The notes beneath the pieces are model-generated. The model was given only the letters and a program-made list of their open reading frames with translations. It was not told the DNA's origin and made no database searches. From the IMG/VR virus record IMGVR_UViG_2814123225_000005: a stretch of 28,638 nucleotides of DNA; one strand, written 5' to 3'. Source of the DNA: a virus. This document shows positions 16,092 through 24,076 of the stretch, piece after piece (the first letter of the stretch is position 1; the number at the start of each line of letters is the position of its first letter). Both the position numbers and the translations under genes were made by a program.

Positions 16092-17828
16092 TCAATGAAA
16101 GAGATCGCCGACAGAAAGAAATTCAATGTTTCCATTTCCTTTCGGCGCTACAAGCTTTTCCATGACGAAAACATGAGCATTTAATAACGCTGCAAAACCG
16201 TCAATTTTCCGGTATCTGTTTTGTTTCGTCGGATGCCAATTTCGGTTACGATCCTGGGTTAATTTCACGTTATTGATATACCATCTGAGTAATTTGTTTT
16301 CATTCGTAATCACTTTTCCGTCGTAAAACATTTCTTTCAAGTCGGAAAGTGGTTTGGTTAGTGTCTCGGCTCCCTGTCTGACAATCTCGGTTTGAAATCC
16401 GTAGGATTCTAAAGCCTTAACCAGACGAAACGCCTTCGCCCTATCGTAAGCGATCTTTTCAATACTGAATGTTTTGGAATGGTTAACGAACCAGTCATAA
16501 ATCATCTCATACTCCACATATTCGGCTTCACAAACCGTCAACGATCCATCCTCTACAAACTGCATGTATGGTATTTTCTCATTGTTAGCCAGCACTTTCT
16601 TTCGAGGTATCCAAGAATGAGATAAAACAAATATTTCTCCCGTATCTAACGGAAATTCAAGACAGGCTGAGGTGAAGTCCTCTGACTCTGATAGGTCAAA
16701 AGATCCTATAGCCGTCTTCCCGTTTAAGGAATCGATATCTAAATGCTTGTTATTTTTCCTAAGCGTGTTGAAGTCAATAAAAGACATTTCATCTGCTTTT
16801 ACAAAAATATTGAACCGTTTGACAATCATATCTGATCGTTCAGCAGGAATGTTTTTTCTTTTCTCCCACGCATTTTTCAGCTTTTCAAGGTCATAGGTGA
16901 CCCCTAAGTTAGGATTGGCTTTCCCCCACATGTCGGGGTTATCGATTTCTTCTTCACTATCTAATTCAGCCATATAATAAAAAGTGCGTTCGTCTGAAAC
17001 TACACCCTCAAGGACATCTGCACCAAGCTCATAATAATCTACTAAGGGACCGTCTAGCTGATAGCCGGCAGTCGTAATATACAGTAGCAAAGGCTGTTCC
17101 CGTGTATCTGTTGAGTTTTTGATGATGTTGATTAAATCGTAATTTTTATACTCATGAATCTCGTCAAATACCGCCAAATGCGTGTTTAACCCGTCCAGTT
17201 TTTCTGAATCAGACGCTTGAGGTTCAATGATTGAATTGGTTTGCTTGTATTCGATCACATCCCGTAATGCTTTCATTTTTTTCTTTAGCTGCGGGGAGGC
17301 TTTGATCATTTTTTTACATTCATCGAAAATGGTCTTGCGGACCTGTTTCATACTATTGGCTAATACATATACATCGGCCCCCCGTTCGCCATCTTTTGTG
17401 CAACCATAGATGGAAATTCCAGATGCAAGTCCCGATTTTCCGTTTTTTCTGGCAATAAAAATAAGACCCTCTGTAAAGCGTCTTAATCCCGTTTCTTTAT
17501 GCACCCAGCCATACAGATTGCCAAGGATAAAATGTTGCCAGGGTTGCATGATCATCTGTTTAAACTTTCCCTTAGATGGTTTGCAGAACCTTTCTATAAA
17601 AACAATAGGACGATGACCTTTTTCCTCATCGAACACATAGGGAAAGTCCTTACTTCCTTGTCTTTTTAGATCATCTAAATGCCTTTTTCCAGCTAACATC
17701 ACCTTATGGCTTGCCAAAATGTGACCTTGTACCACCTGCTCAGCATACCAATTCGTTAATAACTCGGAAGAAGGTTGCGATAAGATCCCCGGAAGATTAG
17801 AAGTCGTCGAAGTCATCGTCATCTTCAC
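16092..17828 (-). CDS. Terminase large subunit
   Basis: PWQHF, Walker A ARKNGKS, Walker B AVFDEIHE, ITTAG, nuclease DLS and KIDG. Confidence 0.97.
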   Translation of the reverse strand: MKMTMTSTTSNLPGILSQPSSELLTNWYAEQVVQGHILASHKVMLAGKRHLDDLKRQGSKDFPYVFDEEKGHRPIVFIERFCKPSKGKFKQMIMQPWQHFILGNLYGWVHKETGLRRFTEGLIFIARKNGKSGLASGISIYGCTKDGERGADVYVLANSMKQVRKTIFDECKKMIKASPQLKKKMKALRDVIEYKQTNSIIEPQASDSEKLDGLNTHLAVFDEIHEYKNYDLINIIKNSTDTREQPLLLYITTAGYQLDGPLVDYYELGADVLEGVVSDERTFYYMAELDSEEEIDNPDMWGKANPNLGVTYDLEKLKNAWEKRKNIPAERSDMIVKRFNIFVKADEMSFIDFNTLRKNNKHLDIDSLNGKTAIGSFDLSESEDFTSACLEFPLDTGEIFVLSHSWIPRKKVLANNEKIPYMQFVEDGSLTVCEAEYVEYEMIYDWFVNHSKTFSIEKIAYDRAKAFRLVKALESYGFQTEIVRQGAETLTKPLSDLKEMFYDGKVITNENKLLRWYINNVKLTQDRNRNWHPTKQNRYRKIDGFAALLNAHVFVMEKLVAPKGNGNIEFLSVGDLFH

Positions 17829-18111
17829 TCACTACTTTCTTGCGCTGAGCAGGCGTTAATCCAAGTGATTTCAACAGGTTATTGAGTGTTTGTACCGTCT
17901 TTGTCAGTTCGATAGAAAGGGGGTTTTTCACTAAATTTGTGGCCCCTGCTTTATTGGTATACTCATACATAAGCTCTGAATTCTTGATTTCCTTCTGAAG
18001 CCGTCGATAAAACTGGTGCGTTTCAATGTACAGCTGAATCAATTGTTCATCGGATTCTTCATACGTTTCTCCTAAATATTCCCTGATGAGTTTGGAAGTA
18101 GGTACCGCCAT
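17797..18111 (-). CDS. Terminase small subunit (P27 family)
   Basis: NKAGATNLVKNP, LGLTPAQR, acidic tail. Confidence 0.92.
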   Translation of the reverse strand: MAVPTSKLIREYLGETYEESDEQLIQLYIETHQFYRRLQKEIKNSELMYEYTNKAGATNLVKNPLSIELTKTVQTLNNLLKSLGLTPAQRKKVVSEDDDDFDDF

Positions 18112-18160
18112 TTCAGGTTCCCCCCCTTCATGAAAAATTTATATTTGGTGTAAACGATGG

Positions 18161-18169
18161 GGGCAGTCG
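18161..18169 (-). other. Putative cos site (cohesive end CGACTGCCC)
   Basis: Lies between HNH and terS, flanked by C/G runs; matches the 9-nt 3' overhang I recall for several P. larvae phages (from memory, not searched). Confidence 0.7.
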
Positions 18170-18214
18170 GTTTGGAAAGGTTCAAGCCTCCTAGAAAAAG
18201 GGTGGGGGGGTATG

Positions 18215-18553
18215 CTAAACATACTCCCTATTGGCTTTCTCCACATGAACCTTGATCTTCTTACTAACCTGTTTTCCCCCATTACCATGCTCTTCGTTGT
18301 GACAACTTAAGCAAAGGCTCTCCAGGTTATCCATGTCCAAACCCTTGCTCCAATCGTCTGTAAGATGCACGATATGATGGACCATATCTGCTTGAGTGAT
18401 CTTCTTCTGTTCTAAACATCGTTGACAAAGATAATGATCTCTGGTAAGGACTGCTTCCCTGCACTTCTTCCAGGCTGTGCTATTGTAGAAGTCTCTAGCT
18501 TCTTTATTACGTTTGTACTTGTCATACACCCTGGCTTGTTCTTGCCTATTCAT
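18215..18553 (-). CDS. Packaging-associated HNH endonuclease (likely start MNRQEQ at 18553)
   Basis: FYNSTAWKKCR, RDHYLCQRC, VHHI, NLESLCLSCHNEEH; ATGA overlap. Confidence 0.92.
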   Translation of the reverse strand: MNRQEQARVYDKYKRNKEARDFYNSTAWKKCREAVLTRDHYLCQRCLEQKKITQADMVHHIVHLTDDWSKGLDMDNLESLCLSCHNEEHGNGGKQVSKKIKVHVEKANREYV

Positions 18554-18816
18554 CCGATCATCTGCCCCTCTAAGCTTTGACTTAGGAGACTCATGTCTTT
18601 TACTATCTTCTCGCGTAAAGCTATTTGCTCTTTTTCCAATTCTTTCAGCCGTTGCTGTTCCTGTCTTATCTTTGAATCTGTGAGAAGCACCGTGTATTCT
18701 TTCCCGCATCTAGGACAGATGAAGTAGGTTTTCTCTATGTCTGCTTTGACATTTTTAGTCTTGACTTCCCCCACCAAAAATTCCCTCTTGCATCCGTCAT
18801 TACACGTTACTTTCAT
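18550..18816 (-). CDS. Zn-ribbon hypothetical protein
   Basis: CNDGC and YFICPRCGKEY, C-terminal coiled coil; AAGGAGGTG RBS. Confidence 0.75.
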   Translation of the reverse strand: MKVTCNDGCKREFLVGEVKTKNVKADIEKTYFICPRCGKEYTVLLTDSKIRQEQQRLKELEKEQIALREKIVKDMSLLSQSLEGQMIG

Positions 18817-19407
18817 CCTGACACCTCCTTCGTCTGCTAAACATGTGGTTTTAACGCCATAAACGACCGTTTGAGACGTTTTTATATATTATCCAATACT
18901 TTGGTCATCTGATAAACAGAATCGCTCTATGAGTCTCTCAGAGCGTCTAGTGAGGTGTCCTATCATGTACGTCTATCCTAGTACTGCACTCACCCTGTTA
19001 TAAAGGTGTATTGCCCTTGGATTCTCATGCTGTGTCTATTTAGCATCTGAGATGGTAGCTTCATGCGTTAATACTCTCTGGTTTAGAAGGGAACGTCTAT
19101 TGAGCGTATCCTTCTCTTCATTCTCATTCCCATTGCTATATCACATGAGTTTGTTATTTCATCTCACTCAACTCCTTTGCTATTGATCCTGAGTTGATTG
19201 TTCTCTGATTCAATCTCTCTATCCATTTCAGTATCTCTATTTAAATTTAATAGACTAAGGTAAAGGACTTATACTCTATTTGATTTAACAGACAGATGGC
19301 TCTTTCTAAAATCCCTTTTCAGATTTTAAAAAATCCCTCGAAAATGCAATTTGCGAGTATATTATTATTCTTATTCATTCTTAGTCATTCTTGTTTATAT
19401 CCGCGAG

Positions 19408-19534
19408 CTGTTACTTTGCTGTTACTTTACTGTTACCCCAAACATTTTTGATAGGCTCTAATCCCTTGATATATAAGGGTTTAAGGTGTTACTTTGCTGT
19501 TACCCCAAAACGAATGTTGTAACTTTTTTGTAAC
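19408..19534. repeat. Iteron-like array of CTGTTAC at 11-nt spacing around a CCCTTGATATATAAGGG near-palindrome
   Basis: CTGTTAC at 19408, 19419, 19430; GTGTTAC 19486, CTGTTAC 19497; inverted GTAAC at 19519 and 19530. Confidence 0.75.
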
Positions 19535-19745
19535 CTTTTTATGAAAACGGAAAAAGTCGTTTTCATAAACCTTTAAAAACGTCTCTGTGAAGCCAAATTC
19601 TTGGCTTCGTTTATTCAATATAAGATATTTTTATGGTATGGATCGAATGGTTCTAACTGCCTCTAAATGAACGTTTATAAGTCAATTATTTGATCAGTAT
19701 CTTATTGTTGGTTTCATCGAATGAACTTAGTAATGACCCTTTTAC

Positions 19746-19803
19746 TACATGTGTAAAAACACTTGCGTTTTCTATTTACACGTGCAATAACATGTGTTAT
19801 AAT
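19746..19803 (+). promoter_or_regulatory. hicAB promoter with palindromic operators
   Basis: TTTACA-17-TATAAT with extended TG; three ACAYGTG boxes (TACATGTGTA, TACACGTGCA, ATAACATGTGTTAT). Confidence 0.7.
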
Positions 19804-19824
19804 GAAATCAGAAAGGAGGTAAAC

Positions 19825-20028
19825 ATGGTCAACCTCAATAAAGCATACTCATCAAGAGAGGTTATCAAAATCCTAAAAGAGGATGGCTGGATACATAAAA
19901 ACACCGAAGGCGACCATTGGCACTTTATTCATCCCACTAAAAAAGGAAAGGTGACTGTACCCCATCCGAAAAAAGGCTTGAAACGCCGAACAACAAAAAG
20001 TATCTTTGAGCAGGCAGGGCTTATATAA
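19825..20028 (+). CDS. hicA: HicA-family toxin (mRNA interferase); start ATG 19825 rather than 19690
   Basis: SSREVIKILKEDGW...GDHWHFIHPTKKGKVTVPHPKK...SIFEQAGL; AAGGAGGT RBS. Confidence 0.93.
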   Translation: MVNLNKAYSSREVIKILKEDGWIHKNTEGDHWHFIHPTKKGKVTVPHPKKGLKRRTTKSIFEQAGLI

Positions 20029-20058
20029 GTCCTGTCTCTCCCAAGGAGGTTTATATAT

Positions 20059-20469
20059 ATGAAATACATTTACCCTGCTGTTTTTAGCCCCGGCGAACCA
20101 GACGAAGGAGGCTTTACTGTCACATTCCCTGATCTTCCTGGATGCATCACAGAAGGTGATGATCTGGAAGAAGCCCTACGCATGGCAAAAGATGCTCTTG
20201 GCGGCCATTTATACCTGATGGAAGAGGATGGCGACGAAATACCTCGTTCATCACAACCAGACTCTATAAAGCTTGAAACTGGAGAATTTGTTTCTCTTAT
20301 TCAGGCTAATACAGATTTCATCCGCGAAAGGATTCAGAGTAAGGCCGTGAATAAGACCGTCACTCTTCCAAAATGGCTTAATGATGTAGCAGCGGAAGAA
20401 GGCATTAACTTTTCTCAGACTCTTCAGGATGCATTAAAACAAAAGCTTGAAATCAAAGACTTCTCCTAA
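20059..20469 (+). CDS. hicB: HicB-family antitoxin with C-terminal ribbon-helix-helix
   Basis: YIYPAVF, VTFPDLPGCITEGD, VNKTVTLPKWL...INFSQTLQDAL. Confidence 0.95.
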   Translation: MKYIYPAVFSPGEPDEGGFTVTFPDLPGCITEGDDLEEALRMAKDALGGHLYLMEEDGDEIPRSSQPDSIKLETGEFVSLIQANTDFIRERIQSKAVNKTVTLPKWLNDVAAEEGINFSQTLQDALKQKLEIKDFS

Positions 20470-20482
20470 TGGGGAAGCTTTT
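20460..20482 (+). terminator. Terminator at hicB end, possibly bidirectional
   Basis: CTTCTCC-TAAT-GGGGAAG-CTTTT. Confidence 0.5.
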
Positions 20483-20497
20483 GACAGCTCATATACT

Positions 20498-20704
20498 TTA
20501 ATTTCGCGCTATTGCAGCATTCGCCCACATCACAACTTGTTCTAAATTTGTTAGGCCCAATGATTTTTCCCGGCTGTTCGGACAAAGGTCATCAATCAGG
20601 CAAGCCAGTTCTTTTGCTTTTTCTCGGATTGCCGTATATTTTCCGGGTTGTCCTTCTTTAGGTGCATGATATTTAAAATTGTTTTCAATTTGTGGATTAC
20701 TCAT
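20498..20704 (-). CDS. Acb2/Tad1-like helical hairpin protein (putative cyclic-nucleotide sponge); start MSNPQ
   Basis: NNFKYHAP...IREKAKELA...CPNSREKSLGLTNLEQVVMWANAAIARN; GGAGGT RBS. Confidence 0.65.
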   Translation of the reverse strand: MSNPQIENNFKYHAPKEGQPGKYTAIREKAKELACLIDDLCPNSREKSLGLTNLEQVVMWANAAIARN

Positions 20705-20788
20705 TTTTTTTACCTCCGAAAAATTAGATAGGCGCAACCGCCGTACACCCTACAGCATAGCCAGTTACGCCCCTATTACAATTCTCCT

Positions 20789-20876
20789 GATACTATCATA
20801 ATAACACGGAATAATGGGGTAGTTTGTCTCTTCTTTGTCTCAATTTCGTCTCATTTAAGTCTCATATTTGTCTCAA
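20789..20876 (-). promoter_or_regulatory. Late promoter with five activator-binding repeats
   Basis: GTCTC at 20826, 20837, 20848, 20859, 20870 (exact 11-nt period) directly downstream of the activator gene, followed on minus strand by a -10-like TATTATGAT and no consensus -35. Confidence 0.75.
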
Positions 20877-20878
20877 TA

Positions 20879-21502
20879 TTAATTTAGCCCAATTAACTTT
20901 GCATATTTTCCAATTGCTTCTGGAACCCATCTGTATAAAGTTGACCGGGATATATTCATCTTTTTTGCCGCTTCCGAAATACCACACCCCTCAATGTATC
21001 TCAGTCGAAGCAGATCTGCCAAATGGGGCTCCTGTTGCTCCATCACTTCAAGCACACGGTCTATCTTTTTTTTCTCTGCTTTCAGGTCTTGGTATTCAGC
21101 CAACTGTTCCAGAATGGCCTCGTATCCATCCACCACACCCGTTCGGGCTTTAATGACTTTGCGTATTTTATTTTGTAGATCACGAAGGTTTTTTGCGTCC
21201 TCCTCATCCAGTGGGTTGCAATTTTGCACAGCATGTAACTGCGCCTTCGTCCCCGCAGGATGACTAACTAGATAGGCATTGGCAGCCGTCTCTAATTTTT
21301 GCTCGTAGGGCGTAAGATACATATAACTCGGCAGGCCTCTTAGCTTTTGATGCAGTTCTTGCAAGTGGTCATCCTCATTCAGCCTGGAAACCGTAATGCC
21401 GTTACCAACGCTGTACGTCTCCAAGACCCGTAAACGGCCGACTATGTCACGGTATCCTGTCAGTTGCTCAATCACTTGTTGTTCGATCCGTTTTGATATC
21501 AT
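20879..21502 (-). CDS. RinA/ArpU-like late transcriptional activator (sigma-70 region 4-type HTH)
   Basis: C-terminal LLRLRYIEG...EAAKKMNISRSTLYRW; position between replication and packaging modules. Confidence 0.85.
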   Translation of the reverse strand: MISKRIEQQVIEQLTGYRDIVGRLRVLETYSVGNGITVSRLNEDDHLQELHQKLRGLPSYMYLTPYEQKLETAANAYLVSHPAGTKAQLHAVQNCNPLDEEDAKNLRDLQNKIRKVIKARTGVVDGYEAILEQLAEYQDLKAEKKKIDRVLEVMEQQEPHLADLLRLRYIEGCGISEAAKKMNISRSTLYRWVPEAIGKYAKLIGLN

Positions 21503-21716
21503 TGTCAGCCTCCTGAATCAGAAAATCTAAATATTGTCTGGCTTTCTTAAGATCCTCCAAGCCGTTTTTCTCTTTCCACCGCCAGGTGTATTTGGTCACA
21601 TTCCCTATACAAAAAGCCTCAAACCCGTCTAAACCCTTTGTTATTGCTTTTATGGCATGTAGGCAACTCATCCCGTTTTTCACATAGTAAGACGGGTTCA
21701 CATCAATTTTTCGCAC
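21468..21716 (-). CDS. DUF3310 protein
   Basis: VNPSYY...FCIGNVTKYTWRWKEKNGLEDLKKARQYL. Confidence 0.85.
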   Translation of the reverse strand: MRKIDVNPSYYVKNGMSCLHAIKAITKGLDGFEAFCIGNVTKYTWRWKEKNGLEDLKKARQYLDFLIQEADNDIKTDRTTSD

Positions 21717-21736
21717 TTTTTTCAGCCTCCTATTCA

Positions 21737-22000
21737 GGTAACAGATGTGTTACCGCTGAAATCGTTGATATATCAAGGTTTTTTGGATTTTTGGGCTATA
21801 AGTAACAGATATATATATAAATTAATATTATATATATTTATATATGTGATATATGAAAGATATTTACCCATTTAAGAAGTTGAAAATATCTGTTACATCT
21901 GTTACCCATCTCTGAAAATCGTTGATACATAAGGGTTTATAGAGGTAACAGATGTTTTGAAAAATCTGTTACTATCTGTTACTATCCGTTACCCCAAAAA
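21737..22000. other. Putative replication origin: TGTTAC/GTAACA iterons in both orientations around a very AT-rich core
   Basis: Many (ATC)TGTTAC and GTAACAGAT copies; AT-rich (TA)n stretch about 21808-21860; duplicated AAATCGTTGATAYAT.A.GGTTT; directly after the primase-helicase. Confidence 0.75.
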
Positions 22001-23858
22001 TTCTAACGGGTTTACCACTAATTTTCTTTAATTTTGTTATAAACCCATGTTTACACATTTCCCTGCTAAACTGAATTTGACTGAGCGGACGCAATCCATT
22101 TTCGTAGCACCACGCTGAGTAACTTAGGTACACTTCTTTAGTTGTTTCATTCTCCACTTTTCGACCTTCATCGATAAAGGCCATGACCGGATTATTCATT
22201 TTTTCATATTCTGCAAGTTCACGTTTGATAATGTCTGGCATCGTGAAACGTTTATTTGAAAGGACTCTCTTCAATCCCTTTAATGCAATTTGTAACAGGT
22301 ATTTCATGGCATTATCCGTCAGCAACTTGTCTTTAATAAATGGGTCAAAATCAGCGTCTGCGGAACTGAATTTTGCGTTAAACGGTATGATGATTAATCT
22401 GCGCATGAGTCCATCCGTTGTATCATTGATTCTGGGTAATTGATTCGCACTAAATATTAATTTCGCATAATTATTAAACTCAAAGGGATCTTTTCCCTTA
22501 CGCTCCACATTAACCGTTTCCCCGGTAACCAGCTTCTTGAATACAGCATTATTATCAATGTATTGACTACTGATATCATCCCCCAGGTTAGCCAGCTTTC
22601 CGAATACTTCGGCTGTCTTGAATCGGTGTCCAATCTCATCCAATGACAACGAAGAGTAGTTTTCAGGACCCAAAAAATTCTTCAACATATCTAACAATGT
22701 AGATTTACCATTACTCCCCGATCCTGTGAGAATGAAGCACTTACCAAGCTCATTACGGCGTAGTAATAAATACCCTATCATTTCCTCCAATAACGCCCGC
22801 AGTTCAGCGTCATGACAGCTTATTTTATCCAAAACTTTATCGGTTGCTTCGTCGTAAACGTCTGGGTCATAGGTGACAGGTATTTTATTTTTAATGATGA
22901 TATCTGGACTGAATTCATCTAAAGTATCATCTTCCAAATTGTAAATGCCATTCTCCAGGGCAATTAAATTTACGGGCGCTGAATTCATCTTTTCAACTAT
23001 CAGTTCAAGATACGCCGTTGTTTCTTTCCGTTTAGCTGCCGTTAACTGGGGTAAATGTTGGATCATGGCGGATTCGACATCCTGTTGTTTACCAGAATAT
23101 ACCCCGTCTTTATACACATGTAGAACATTATTTAGCTTCATTACATGATTTTCTTGACGAATGTATTTTGCAAACTCATGATGCAGAAATTCTCCACGTT
23201 TGTAAAAGGATTTCTTTTTGAATGCTTCATCCCGAAGGATGACATCAATTTCTTTGTCTTCAAGGGGTTCAGAAACCACATATTTGTTAATGAGTCCGAT
23301 TGTTTCCCTAATTTCATCTTTGGAAAGTCCAGCTGATTGTAGCGTTAAAATATAGTTGAATAAAGCTTGATTTCGCCCGTCTCCTTCACCAAGAGCATTA
23401 AAGTCCACGTTTGTTTTAACCGGAAGTAGCCACCTTGGCAGTTCATCTGGTAGCTCACACTTTCGGATCCACTTTCTGGCTACGCCGTTATGTTTAAGAA
23501 TCTGATATGAATTTCTGGAGCCCAGTTTCATATCCACTTGAATACCAACTGCCGTTTTTGTTTTGGTTTTGTTGGTTGATACTTCGGAGTTGCGAAACAA
23601 AAAGTGTTTCCCTCTTGTAGTGTCTACAACAAAGCATGGTATGGCGAGATCATCTACTATTTGCAGCAAAGTATCTGACGTGTCCATATCATCCACATCA
23701 ACTAAAATAATATCTTCCGCCAAAATGCCAGCATATTCAGGTAGTTTTCGCGCCCACTCATAGGAAATGAAATTGCTTCCGTCTTTATATTCTTTCAGTG
23801 GCTTTTTGTTTTTTGTCTGTATGAAACCTTTATAAAGTTCTGTCACTTTCTCACCCAC
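21972..23858 (-). CDS. Primase-helicase (Prim-Pol N-terminus, PriCT, D5/P4-family SF3 helicase)
   Basis: LVDVDD and TTRGKHFLF primase motifs, GEGDGRNQALF, Walker A GSGSNGKST, KLVTGE...ERKGKDPFEF, IFSANQLP, RRLIIIPF. Confidence 0.92.
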   Translation of the reverse strand: MGEKVTELYKGFIQTKNKKPLKEYKDGSNFISYEWARKLPEYAGILAEDIILVDVDDMDTSDTLLQIVDDLAIPCFVVDTTRGKHFLFRNSEVSTNKTKTKTAVGIQVDMKLGSRNSYQILKHNGVARKWIRKCELPDELPRWLLPVKTNVDFNALGEGDGRNQALFNYILTLQSAGLSKDEIRETIGLINKYVVSEPLEDKEIDVILRDEAFKKKSFYKRGEFLHHEFAKYIRQENHVMKLNNVLHVYKDGVYSGKQQDVESAMIQHLPQLTAAKRKETTAYLELIVEKMNSAPVNLIALENGIYNLEDDTLDEFSPDIIIKNKIPVTYDPDVYDEATDKVLDKISCHDAELRALLEEMIGYLLLRRNELGKCFILTGSGSNGKSTLLDMLKNFLGPENYSSLSLDEIGHRFKTAEVFGKLANLGDDISSQYIDNNAVFKKLVTGETVNVERKGKDPFEFNNYAKLIFSANQLPRINDTTDGLMRRLIIIPFNAKFSSADADFDPFIKDKLLTDNAMKYLLQIALKGLKRVLSNKRFTMPDIIKRELAEYEKMNNPVMAFIDEGRKVENETTKEVYLSYSAWCYENGLRPLSQIQFSREMCKHGFITKLKKISGKPVRIFGVTDSNR

Positions 23859-23869
23859 TTTAACACATT

Positions 23870-24068
23870 AAACCGCCAGAATTTCGCCCATTTTTCGTTA
23901 CTTTTTTGGTGGTAAAACCGCCAAAAGTGATTTTCAAAACCAAGTGTATCAAGGGTTCTCATTTTTGTTTTGGCGGTTTTACCACCAGATTTTTTGTGAA
24001 ATCGGCTGTTTTTCTGGAGGTTTAGGGGTAAAACCGCCAGAATTTCAGATAAAACCTCCAAAAAATTT
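23870..24068. repeat. AAAACCGCCA repeat array with a perfect 20-bp inverted repeat
   Basis: TGGTGGTAAAACCGCCAAAA 23907-23926 and its reverse complement 23968-23987; AAACCGCCAGAATTTC at 23870 and 24031. Confidence 0.8.
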
Positions 24069-24076
24069 ATTTACTT

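Noticed and set aside
18554-18709. N-terminal 52 aa of the HNH ORF
   Set aside because: Overlaps the upstream gene; ATGA coupling supports the 18553 start.
19690-19824. N-terminal extension of the hicA ORF
   Set aside because: Covers the promoter and operators; the RBS points to ATG 19825.
20824-21263. Plus-strand ORFs opposite the late activator
   Set aside because: Antisense shadows overlapping promoter repeats; no recognisable features.
23843-24061. 72-aa minus ORF before primase
   Set aside because: Lies entirely over the DNA repeat array with no good RBS; probably not coding, though not excluded.
19408-24068. Repeat arrays as CRISPR or mini-CRISPR
   Set aside because: Repeats are 5-20 nt, at 11-nt phase or inverted, without unique 30-40 nt spacers; no cas genes.
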